From: a virus
Direction: 5' to 3' (one strand)
Virus record (IMG/VR): IMGVR_UViG_3300045988_119411
DNA length: 64,000 nucleotides
Both the position numbers and the translations under genes were made by a program. Position 1 is the stretch's first letter. Each line of letters starts with the position of its first letter. Positions 54,514 through 61,918 of this stretch are shown in pieces. The notes beneath the pieces were generated by a model. The model saw only the letters and a program-made list of their open reading frames with translations, searched no databases and had not been told where the DNA came from.

Positions 54514-54789
54514 TTATTTCGCGACGATGTCTTTCAGCTTTTTGCCGGGTGTGAATTTGATACCGTAATGAGCTGCGATCTGAATGGGTTCTCCGGTTTT
54601 CAGATTCTTTGCCGTTCTTGAAGCTTTCCATTTTGGCTCGAATTTGCCAAAGCCGATGAGCACAACGTTTTCCTTTTCGGCCAGCGCCTCGGTGATGGAA
54701 TCAAGGACGGCGTTGACCGCATCTTCTCCGAAGGATTTGGTGACGTCCAGTTTGGCGGCAACGGCTGCGCTGAGTGCTTCTTTTGTCAT
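54514..54789 (-). CDS. hup: HU-family DNA-binding protein
   Basis: 91 aa. VNAVLDSITEALAEKENVVLIGFGKFE...RTAKNLKTGEPIQIAA. Confidence 0.9.
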   Translation of the reverse strand: MTKEALSAAVAAKLDVTKSFGEDAVNAVLDSITEALAEKENVVLIGFGKFEPKWKASRTAKNLKTGEPIQIAAHYGIKFTPGKKLKDIVAK

Positions 54790-54818
54790 GGGTGGCTCCT
54801 CCTTTCTTCAAAAATGTC

Positions 54819-54894
54819 TGGTGGGCCGCCCCGGAGTCGAACCGGGATCATACCAGTTATGAGCTGGTCGCTCTGGCCTTTGAGATAGCGGCCC
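54819..54894 (-). tRNA. tRNA with a CAT anticodon (Met, or Ile2 if lysidinylated), CCA encoded
   Basis: Manual cloverleaf: perfect 7-bp acceptor GGGCCGC/GCGGCCC, anticodon arm ACCAG-CTCATAA-CTGGT, T arm CCCGG-TTCGACT-CCGGG, A73-CCA. One D-stem mismatch. Confidence 0.85.
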
Positions 54895-55449
54895 ATTGAG
54901 TATCCGGCTTGATGTACCGGACGTGAGGGTTTACCGGATGCCCAACATCAGATCTCATTTTCGGCAGTACCTGACAGCGCCGCTTTCTGCCCGGTAGCTG
55001 GCCCGGCAGAGCCGATTTTGTCAGTTCGGCTTCTCAAGTGTCCTCATCTGGGTGAACCGCGCGCGGGTTTTTCCCGGCAAGCTGAACGGGCTGCACTGCG
55101 GAAGTGCGTGCCGTTCTACGAAGACCTTAGACACACGATCTTTACGAGTTGGTTTCGGCCTCCCACGCATCAAGCGCAGAGGATATGATGGCTGTTCCTC
55201 AAACTCCATTTAACTCAGTCAAGCACCAACCTCGGCCAATACTCATCTGCTGCACCATCATCTTTTCGGAGCGCGCAACCGGCTTTTACTGCGCTGGCGG
55301 CACAAGGGAGTTCCTTGCCCCGGTGGGGTTTCACCACAATATTCTGTTGGCTCCGTGGTACGAAGTGCCTTATCTGCGTCATTATAACGGCATTTTCTCC
55401 ACATCGGCCGTAGCGCGCGGTACTAACCATGCAGATTTGCAGACTTCGT

Positions 55450-55515
55450 TGGCGCGGCCTGAGTGAATCGAACACTCTGGGACAGACCGGGATTCCGCCC
55501 GTTGCCAAGGGCCGC
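55450..55515 (-). ncRNA. tRNA-like module b (66 nt, CCA end, lacks one arm)
   Basis: Acceptor GCGGCCC/AGGCCGC, T arm GAGTG-TTCGATT-CACTC, G73-CCA. Only 31 nt lie between the acceptor and the T arm. Confidence 0.4.
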
Positions 55516-55685
55516 ATATTGTGCCGGTCTGTTCCCGGCTGTCACCGCTGTGAAATCCTCGCTTTTGGGAGAGCAGGTTCTTCCGCAATTACAACATCGA
55601 GGCTTGAGGGGCTTACTTCAGGACTTCGCATCGCCCATGCGACTGTTCCGCTATACGCTATTCACTCGCGGCGTCCACGCAGAAT

Positions 55686-55790
55686 TGGTGGAGAAGGTGA
55701 GGGCTTGAACCTCACACGCCTGTTTTTGCTCTGGTCAGGTTACAGGCTAACTGGCCGAGCGTTGAGACATTCCCGTTCTGTCACTTCTCC
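55686..55790 (-). ncRNA. tRNA-like module c (105 nt, CCA end, expanded core)
   Basis: Acceptor GGAGAAG/CTTCTCC, D-like GACA-GAACGGGAA-TGTC, T arm GTGAGG-TTCAAGC-CCTCAC, A-CCA. No canonical anticodon arm could be drawn. Confidence 0.4.
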
Positions 55791-55796
55791 ATATAG

Positions 55797-55918
55797 TTGG
55801 ATGTTTTGCACCTTGCGCCATCTGATTCGAACAGAATTGGCTTGTGGACTCGAACCACGCTGCACATCCAAGGACTGCCATCGCCCTATGCGTTGCGCGG
55901 AATAGGCGATCACCGCGC
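55797..55918 (-). ncRNA. 75-nt domain closed by an 8-bp helix holding two T-loop-like hairpins, followed by a predicted H-type pseudoknot
   Basis: TTGGATGT/ACATCCAA closes GTGG-TTCGAGT-CCAC and TCTG-TTCGAAT-CAGA. In 55880-55918, GCGCGG pairs with CCGCGC inside the loop of ATCGCCTAT/ATAGGGCGAT. Confidence 0.35.
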
Positions 55919-56204
55919 TATGAGCCTTTGCCGTTTTTCGCTCTTTGTCTGGTTTTCTGTCAACCAGCAAACACCTCATCTGAATGCGCACTCAATGAGG
56001 ATTTCAGGCGCTGCCAAATAACGTCAGGTCGGTCAGCCGTCTCGTAGCTATTTGGCAACTTGCATTACAACCGAACAAACTGGATCAGCCGCCGTGACCA
56101 AATCTTAAAGCTGACCTTACAAACAAGTGGATTTTCTTGCTTTTCCAGACGGCCGCCGTGGTGCGCTTGCAATGCCAGACAGAGGCGTGACGGACGTTGA
56201 GAAA

Positions 56205-56273
56205 TGGAAGCAACCGGATTCGAACCGATAACAAACGCCAATGGCGCTGCTCTACACCTTGAGCTATGCTTCC
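56205..56273 (-). ncRNA. tRNA-like module e: complete acceptor, D and T arms, but a 3-nt loop where the anticodon loop should be; no CCA
   Basis: GGAAGCA-TA-GCTC-AAGGTGTA-GAGC-A-GCGCC-ATT-GGCGT-TTGTT-ATCGG-TTCGAAT-CCGGT-TGCTTCC-A. Confidence 0.45.
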
Positions 56274-56294
56274 AGATAGTAGGCTTTAGGCTCA

Positions 56295-56330
56295 ACCTAC
56301 CGGAACCGTCGTTGATTTGTTTTTCCGACG
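56295..56330 (-). promoter_or_regulatory. Leftward-arm motif copy G (degenerate)
   Basis: Minus strand: ACAAATC-N10-CCGGTAGG, immediately upstream of tRNA-like module e. Confidence 0.35.
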
Positions 56331-56559
56331 CATGCTATCGGGTGGCAGGAATTCAAACAACGATCAACAAACCGTAACTGCTGGAGATGGGCTTTCTGGA
56401 TGAACCCATCAGAACCGCCCACGCTGTTGTGTTTGGCGTACCAGCGCAAGGAGGACTTTCATCGGTTCCGATTTTCTACACAGCGGCACGCTCGTGCGAA
56501 CTAGCCAAACTCAGATGGTATCTCAACACTCTGATGGTGATGAAATCAGATTTCACGAT

Positions 56560-56934
56560 TTACTCGATTTCTTTCATCCAGAAATCGCGGCGGCATTTAT
56601 CACAAGTACTTTTTTCGAGCGGCCCATCAATACATTTTTTCTGACCAACATATTTTGGACACATACAAAACCATCCGTTTTCAAGAGCTAAGTCAGGAAA
56701 CAACTTTTGCAATTCACTCTGCCGCGTCTTGATTGGGTGTTCTTTTGCCCATTTCTCAACTTCTGCAACGACATTGGATGGAGCATTTGCTTCTGAAAGA
56801 ATGGAGATTTCACATTTTGTCGCTTTTTCCATTCGCCTGTATTCTCCGATAAATTCAACAGCGTCCAAATTTTTCATCCTCTCTGGAATGTTTCTGTGTG
56901 GCAACTTCTCAGTATGGAGCGGCTTACGAGGCAT
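56560..56934 (-). CDS. Hypothetical protein with a C-terminal Cys motif
   Basis: 124 aa. WFCMCPKYVGQKKCIDGPLEKSTCDKCRRDFW. Weak RBS. Confidence 0.45.
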   Translation of the reverse strand: MPRKPLHTEKLPHRNIPERMKNLDAVEFIGEYRRMEKATKCEISILSEANAPSNVVAEVEKWAKEHPIKTRQSELQKLFPDLALENGWFCMCPKYVGQKKCIDGPLEKSTCDKCRRDFWMKEIE

Positions 56935-57185
56935 GATCTCGCAATACCAGTTTGGAGGACTGGGGTGTTACCAATTACACTAAAGCCGCGGATTTCGTGC
57001 CGGAGCGGGGAAGTCAGCCGCGGCGGCACGGCCCGTCTTTCCGGGCGGCCAGCATGATTTCAGGAGGGGGATTGGGTTGCAGACGACCGGTTCCCGCGCC
57101 GGCGGTCTGCGTAGAGGCTCCCCGGTTTTACGTTGGTGCGGGAGCGTTCTTCCCAACAACCAAAAGCCAAACATCTCAGTTTGGA

Positions 57186-57211
57186 GCACCGGAATCTCAG
57201 ATTTGTTCCGG
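57186..57211 (-). promoter_or_regulatory. Leftward-arm motif copy F (degenerate)
   Basis: Minus strand: CCGGAACAAATC-TGAGATT-CCGGTGC. Confidence 0.3.
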
Positions 57212-57399
57212 CGAGCGCCTTCGCTTACTTTGGTGGTCGCTTTTCTACATAGAAAGGAGCCGATATGCCTCGCCGCAAGGAGGTATCAGACTTGCGGCAA
57301 GATCGGTTGGTCGGAGCCGGAGTTGCACCGGCTTGTCCGGGAGAAAGGAAGCCCGGAGAGCAACTGCGCCCAACCGTATGGCCGGAGATTATCCGGCAA

Positions 57400-58488
57400 T
57401 TATGCGTGAAGTTGAGAAGTTGTGTTGTTCAGCGCGGGGGGAAAAAAGTGGTCGCCCTTTTGCTGAAGGCGGAGAATGTTTCGCTGGGCCTGACGATCCT
57501 TTTCCATCTGCACCTGCTTGGTTTTTTTGCGGGATTTGCGGCTCGTGAGCTTTCCGGAATAGAGCTGCGTGACAGTGACGGATTCGTGGCCGAGCTTGGA
57601 CTGCAACTCCTCAAAGGACATGCCGCTGTTCAGATCGAGCCGCGCGCCGACATGTCGAAGGTCGTGCGAGCGGATCATGTCAACGCCGGTGACGGATTTT
57701 ACATGACGGCGGACGACATCGGAGAGCCATTGGCGCGTTCCCGGATGCCAGGATTCGCCGCTGTTCTGACCGGAGAAGGTTTTTTCGGCATAGGTTCCGA
57801 AAAGCACTTCGTCGTCGCGGGCGTTTTTGGGGCGGATGCCGCTGCAAAGATAGAGCCGGACAGCTGTCTGCGCGACGAGCGGAAAGTCCACATTCCGGAA
57901 TTTGTCGCCTTTGCCGTGTTCCACGACGATCTCAGAATTTTCCCAGTCGAGGTCGTTCGGCGTGAGCGCCAGAAGTTCACTGTTCCGGATCTCGGTCGTG
58001 AGCAGGAGAATGACGATGGCGTAGTTCCGTTCCCAAAACTGCGGACGCCGGAGGCCCTGCGGCGGGTTGTTCCGCCAGAGGAGAATGACCTGATCGTCGG
58101 TGAGGAACTGTTCATAGGGACGCCGCTGCTCTTTTTTGATGTCAGGAATGAGTAGCTTGGAAACGGGATTTCTGTCATAGAAGCGAGATTCGCCAAGCTG
58201 TTCAGAGGAGGCGTAGTTGTAAAAAGCTGCGAGCTCCTGAAGGTATTTTTGGATGGTGGATGCCTTTTTCCCTTCGCGGCGAAGCTGATCGCGCCACGCC
58301 TGAATGTCGGTGAAGCTCTCCTCATGGTCCCAGTTGCTGCGCTCTTCGACCATGAAAGCCGAGAAGGCCATGAAGATGAAATCTTTTGAGCGGATGGTCT
58401 GTTCTGCGCGGCCGATGGCGCGGAGATTGTTTTCGTAGGCGGCCATAGCGGCCATGAATTTTTTCTCGGCCTTGATGGGTGCTGCCAT
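57400..58488 (-). CDS. int: Tyrosine recombinase / phage integrase
   Basis: 362 aa. C-terminal catalytic region HDLRHVGARL...LGHESVTVTQLYS. RBS AGGAGGG. Confidence 0.9.
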   Translation of the reverse strand: MAAPIKAEKKFMAAMAAYENNLRAIGRAEQTIRSKDFIFMAFSAFMVEERSNWDHEESFTDIQAWRDQLRREGKKASTIQKYLQELAAFYNYASSEQLGESRFYDRNPVSKLLIPDIKKEQRRPYEQFLTDDQVILLWRNNPPQGLRRPQFWERNYAIVILLLTTEIRNSELLALTPNDLDWENSEIVVEHGKGDKFRNVDFPLVAQTAVRLYLCSGIRPKNARDDEVLFGTYAEKTFSGQNSGESWHPGTRQWLSDVVRRHVKSVTGVDMIRSHDLRHVGARLDLNSGMSFEELQSKLGHESVTVTQLYSGKLTSRKSRKKTKQVQMEKDRQAQRNILRLQQKGDHFFPPALNNTTSQLHA

Positions 58489-58511
58489 TGATTTGCCCTC
58501 CTATTTTCAGT

Positions 58512-58543
58512 GTATCATGCGCCCAAAATGAATTATGTTACAT
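58512..58543 (-). promoter_or_regulatory. 32-bp element shared with 62888-62919, upstream of int
   Basis: GTATCAT-N6-AAAA-N-GA-N-TTATGTTACAT, with 24 of 32 positions identical between copies. The minus strand reads ATGTAACATAA...TGATAC. Confidence 0.45.
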
Positions 58544-58778
58544 CGGTTTTTGGCTTTTCTGCGACGCAGGCGAGAAACTGCGCCATGGCTCCGCGCTGGG
58601 TGTCCTCGTGGATGGTGTATTCGGCGAAGTAGGTAGGGAAGTGGTAAGGACCGTTTTCCTTCAGCATGATCCACCAGCCGTCGTCATCCTTGAAGAAATC
58701 CACGATGCTATCGCGGTACTGCCGCGGCAGGCGGTCGATGGGACGGACGGGCTTTCTTTTTCTCGGTGTGGTGCGCAT
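58533..58778 (-). CDS. Hypothetical protein
   Basis: ATG 58778 after AAAGGAGG. Confidence 0.5.
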   Translation of the reverse strand: MRTTPRKRKPVRPIDRLPRQYRDSIVDFFKDDDGWWIMLKENGPYHFPTYFAEYTIHEDTQRGAMAQFLACVAEKPKTDVT

Positions 58779-58780
58779 GG

Positions 58781-58984
58781 TCAGACCTCCTTTGCAGGCT
58801 GCCGCAGCCAGTTCAAACAATGTTCAATACATTTTGCGTCGCAATGGGTTTTCAGTTCTTCTTCGCACATTGTGCAATGGAAAGATATGATGCCGCGCGA
58901 CATTTTCTCTGCAAGCTCTTCGTCTGTCATGGAACGAAAGCGGTCAGCATTGGTCATGTAGATATGGTCAGCAAGTTTTTTCAT
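58781..58984 (-). CDS. Small Cys-motif protein
   Basis: FHCTMCEEELKTHCDAKCIEHCLNWL. Confidence 0.5.
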   Translation of the reverse strand: MKKLADHIYMTNADRFRSMTDEELAEKMSRGIISFHCTMCEEELKTHCDAKCIEHCLNWLRQPAKEV

Positions 58985-58990
58985 AGGTAC

Positions 58991-59488
58991 TCAATCCTCC
59001 TGAATACCGAGGAACTGCCGGTTGATGCGATCCAGCTCCTCCATGTATTTGGGATGAACGTAGGTGTTCAGGGCGCGCTCGATTTTCTGCGCTTCCTGCT
59101 CGCGGCCGAGGATGCGAAGATAGTCTGCGGCGATCTGACGATAGGACCGGCGGATCTTGTTCAAGGGATCGAGATACTGTTCAAAGACCGGCGTATAGCC
59201 GACCGGATAGTCGAGGCCGAAGAGTACCTTGTATCCCTCAGTGATGAGCGGGACAAATTCCGTCGCAAATTTTTGCTCGTCCATCAGAAAGGAATCGTAC
59301 TCGCCGGTGACGCGCTTTCCATCCTCTGTGAAAAATTCTCCGTGCTCGGCGGCGTACTGGTAGGCCAGCCGCTCGCGCTCCTGCGCGTCGGCATAGGCTT
59401 TTTCTGCGGATTTCATGGCGGCATAGCAGGCAAGGCCGACGGTTCGCAGCTCGTTGATCGCTTGCGTCTGAGATTGTGTGATAGTCAT
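58991..59488 (-). CDS. Hypothetical protein
   Basis: ATG 59488 after AAAGGAG, about 35 nt downstream of motif copy D. Confidence 0.5.
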   Translation of the reverse strand: MTITQSQTQAINELRTVGLACYAAMKSAEKAYADAQERERLAYQYAAEHGEFFTEDGKRVTGEYDSFLMDEQKFATEFVPLITEGYKVLFGLDYPVGYTPVFEQYLDPLNKIRRSYRQIAADYLRILGREQEAQKIERALNTYVHPKYMEELDRINRQFLGIQED

Positions 59489-59520
59489 GGGTGGCTCCTT
59501 TCGATTTGGTGGTTGCACAG

Positions 59521-59570
59521 TTAGTGCTACCGGAAATTTGGATTTGTCCCGGCGTCGTGGGAAATTTTAT
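59521..59570 (-). promoter_or_regulatory. Leftward-arm motif copy D
   Basis: Minus strand: ATAAAATTT...GGGACAAATCC-AAATTT-CCGGTAGCACTA. Confidence 0.5.
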
Positions 59571-59772
59571 CGAGGCAGGAATCGCAGACAACTACGGCGT
59601 CGGCGTTGTTTGAAATGCGCATTGTAATGATATTCTGAAATTTTCGGTCAAGCTTCGGAATATCGAGCCCCGGAATACTGCTTGGGTCAGGAACGACCTG
59701 CTTTCCGCAGAAACAGCAGGGGATCGTCCGGTATCCTCTTGCGTCATCCTTGAAATGCCCGACGATGATCAA
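59527..59772 (-). CDS. Small Cys-motif protein (TTG start)
   Basis: IPCCFCGKQV...VVVCDSCLDK. RBS GAGGAGG 9 nt upstream. The track ORF merges this with the next gene in another frame. Confidence 0.45.
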   Translation of the reverse strand: MIIVGHFKDDARGYRTIPCCFCGKQVVPDPSSIPGLDIPKLDRKFQNIITMRISNNADAVVVCDSCLDKISHDAGTNPNFR

Positions 59773-59788
59773 AAAATCGCCTCCTCGT

Positions 59789-59941
59789 TCATCTTTCCAA
59801 GAATTTCGAATAGTCCAGCTTGGCTCCGCAGACAGGGCACAGCTCCGGGAGATCTCCGTTTTGGTCACATTCGAGCGACGCACCACAGTTTTCGCAGCAA
59901 AGCTCGCCGTAGTCTCCAAGATTGACAGTTGCAGTTTCCAC
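59789..59941 (-). CDS. Zinc-ribbon mini-protein (50 aa, GTG start)
   Basis: VETATVNLGDYGELCCENCGASLECDQNGDLPELCPVCGAKLDYSKFLER. RBS AAGGAGG. Not in the track. Confidence 0.45.
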   Translation of the reverse strand: METATVNLGDYGELCCENCGASLECDQNGDLPELCPVCGAKLDYSKFLER

Positions 59942-60529
59942 TCAATCGGCCTCCTTCGAAGATTCATAACCATAGTCGTGTGTAAGAAATTCATTCAGTT
60001 CGTCCGGCGTCATGAGACGGGCCGTCTTTTCGATGTACTTGATATTGCGGAAGCAGGTCTGTTTTTCAGCTTTCGTGAGGGTTTCGCTTTCCTGCCAGTT
60101 GGGTCGATCCCACATCATGTATTCGGAGGCAGACATCGGCTCTTTCCCAAATTTGTCTTCAATTTTTCTGAAAGCGTAGGAAATTTTCCCTTCTTTTGAA
60201 ATGTTGATGAAGAGCTGGCCGTTATTGTTGCCCTGCCAGTTGAACACCACATCGTTAAATGGATCAGAGGAAAACTGTTCTTTCCACTCGTCGATGAGCT
60301 TTTGGGAAATCTGGTAATCCTTCATATCAAAATTCACATCGAAAATGCGGCGCAGGTGCTCAATATTGGTATCCCGAAGGAAAAACCATTTATAATCGCT
60401 GCTGGACGCGATGAAGTCAATGCCATATCTGGCGCGCGAGATCATTCGCTCGGAGTAGTTCCACTGGTAATAGTTTGCGATGATGAGCTGTCCGTCGAAT
60501 CGGACGTAGATTTGTGAACGCATGCCCAT
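59942..60529 (-). CDS. Hypothetical protein
   Basis: 195 aa, about 40 nt downstream of motif copy C. Confidence 0.55.
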   Translation of the reverse strand: MGMRSQIYVRFDGQLIIANYYQWNYSERMISRARYGIDFIASSSDYKWFFLRDTNIEHLRRIFDVNFDMKDYQISQKLIDEWKEQFSSDPFNDVVFNWQGNNNGQLFINISKEGKISYAFRKIEDKFGKEPMSASEYMMWDRPNWQESETLTKAEKQTCFRNIKYIEKTARLMTPDELNEFLTHDYGYESSKEAD

Positions 60530-60565
60530 GTTATGTACCTCCTGTAGGTGAGTTTGATTTCACTT

Positions 60566-60625
60566 GTATAGCTACCGGGGACGCGGGTTTTGTCCCGCTT
60601 CTCCAAGGATTCTTTCAAATTTTTC
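60566..60625 (-). promoter_or_regulatory. Leftward-arm motif copy C
   Basis: Minus strand: AAAAATTTG...GGGACAAAACC-CGCGTCC-CCGGTAGCTATA. Confidence 0.5.
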
Positions 60626-61829
60626 GGTAGATGCAGCAGTCGTAGCGGTAGAGCACTTCCAGCTTCCATTCGTCGCCGTCGTAGGCGTGGACGATTTTGG
60701 GCGTTCTCCGGACGATCTCGCCGGTGGATTGATTGCGGAGGGTGACGGTCGATGCGCTCGTCTTGACGATCTCCCACGTTTCCTTTACGGGTTCAGGCTG
60801 TCCCAGCTTGAATGCGTCGAACTGGAAGGTTTCACCGACTTTGAAGGGGTGCGTAGGCTTGGATTTTTCCTCGCTGCTGGTCACTTCCAGAATTTCGGCA
60901 TAGGCTGCACGGCCAGTGAGGCCCGCTGCGCCGCCGGAGAGAATTTTATAGACGATATTTTTCGGGCCGGTACTGACGACTTCGCAGATGCCCCAGCGGG
61001 CCAGTTTCACTTGGTAGCCCGGCTTGACGTTCTCGCGGCTAAACTGCACGCCCCCGAGCGCGTCGATGCAGGAGTGGTAATAGCAGAGGCGGGAGATCTC
61101 GGATTCGAGGCGATCTTCCGCGTCCTCGATCCAGCGTTCGACCGTTTCGGTGGGGATGGGCGTGCCGTCATAGAATTTCTGTGGTTCGCCGTGCTGGATT
61201 TTTTCGAGCCGGGTGCGATAGCTTTCGAGATTTTTCTGGATGGCCCGGATGTTTTTCTCGGCGTCTTTGACGCGGCGGTCGCAGAAGGCTTTATCCTTGG
61301 ATTTAGTAAGGTCTGCGGTTTCGCGGGCGATGGCGGCGCGCTCGGCGTAATATTCCGATTTCCTGAACTCTTCCATGCCGCGGTCATAGGCAGCAAACAT
61401 TTTTTCACGCTTCCGAGTGAACGCGATACCGGAAGATGCGTTGATGTTGGGCTGCGTGAAGAAGGCAATGTCACCGTGCATGTCATTGATTGGCTTTTGC
61501 AGGGCCTCGCCGCGAGACTGAGCCGCAGCGGCCTTTGCCTCCATCCGGTCGGCGCGGGATTCTGCACGATCGGCCGCACGTTCCATTTTTTCCTCAAAGC
61601 TCAGAGACTCGCCGGTCTTGCCCTGATACTCGGCGCCGAGGTCTTTTGCGACCTGCTCGGCACGCGAAAGATTCGGGCGCTTGGCGCGGCTTACCCAGCA
61701 GGAAAAGCGCTTGGAAAAGAGAAAGTTGCTCTTGATCTTAGATTTCTCGGCGTCACCGAGCGTCTGGTATTCTTCCTTGGAGAAGTGCAGCTCCAGCTTG
61801 TCCGTCTCGCGGTTGATGATGTAATACAT
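60615..61829 (-). CDS. DUF3560-like protein
   Basis: 404 aa. N-terminal ELHFSKEEYQTLGDAEKSKIKSNFLFSKRFSCWVS, a pattern recalled for DUF3560. Confidence 0.5.
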   Translation of the reverse strand: MYYIINRETDKLELHFSKEEYQTLGDAEKSKIKSNFLFSKRFSCWVSRAKRPNLSRAEQVAKDLGAEYQGKTGESLSFEEKMERAADRAESRADRMEAKAAAAQSRGEALQKPINDMHGDIAFFTQPNINASSGIAFTRKREKMFAAYDRGMEEFRKSEYYAERAAIARETADLTKSKDKAFCDRRVKDAEKNIRAIQKNLESYRTRLEKIQHGEPQKFYDGTPIPTETVERWIEDAEDRLESEISRLCYYHSCIDALGGVQFSRENVKPGYQVKLARWGICEVVSTGPKNIVYKILSGGAAGLTGRAAYAEILEVTSSEEKSKPTHPFKVGETFQFDAFKLGQPEPVKETWEIVKTSASTVTLRNQSTGEIVRRTPKIVHAYDGDEWKLEVLYRYDCCIYRKI

Positions 61830-61869
61830 GATCGGTTCCTCCTGAAATTTTTGTGATGCCTCACACCTT

Positions 61870-61918
61870 TATTGCTACCGGCGGGATGGGATTTGTCCCG
61901 CCGGTGCGGAAATTTTTT
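61870..61918 (-). promoter_or_regulatory. Leftward-arm motif copy B
   Basis: Minus strand: AAAAAATTTCC...GGGACAAATCC-CATCCCG-CCGGTAGCAATA, with a 9-bp stem CCGGCGGGA/TCCCGCCGG. Confidence 0.5.

Larger units (their letters stand above)
54895..56330 (-). ncRNA. ORF-free, helix-rich segment predicted to be transcribed with tRNA-Met and hup; candidate large structured RNA or tRNA-like array
   Basis: No credible ORF on either strand. Many 6-10-bp helices (for example TTGCCAAATA...TATTTGGCAA at 56013-56059) and four T-loop-type hairpins. Bracketed by motif copy G and the hup terminator. Confidence 0.45.

Noticed and set aside
55021-56047. Several 60-160-aa ORFs on both strands inside the 54.9-56.3 kb gap, for example 55429-55905 (+) and 55215-55517 (-)
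   Set aside because: They overlap one another, are Arg/Cys/Ser/Pro-rich, lack RBSs and cross tRNA-like structures. The region is better explained as non-coding RNA.
54895-56330. tmRNA (ssrA), suggested by T-arm/ACCA ends and a pseudoknot
   Set aside because: I could find no GGGG...GGATTCGAC-type 5' end, no resume codon or tag ORF ending in a hydrophobic tail, and no single acceptor pairing spanning a ~350-nt unit. Left for a covariance-model check, but not called.
60564-61856. A 430-aa plus-strand ORF opposite the DUF3560-like gene, and a 296-aa plus-strand ORF (57265-58155) opposite int
   Set aside because: The minus-strand products carry recognisable family motifs, RBSs and operon context. 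The plus-strand products are low-complexity mirror translations.
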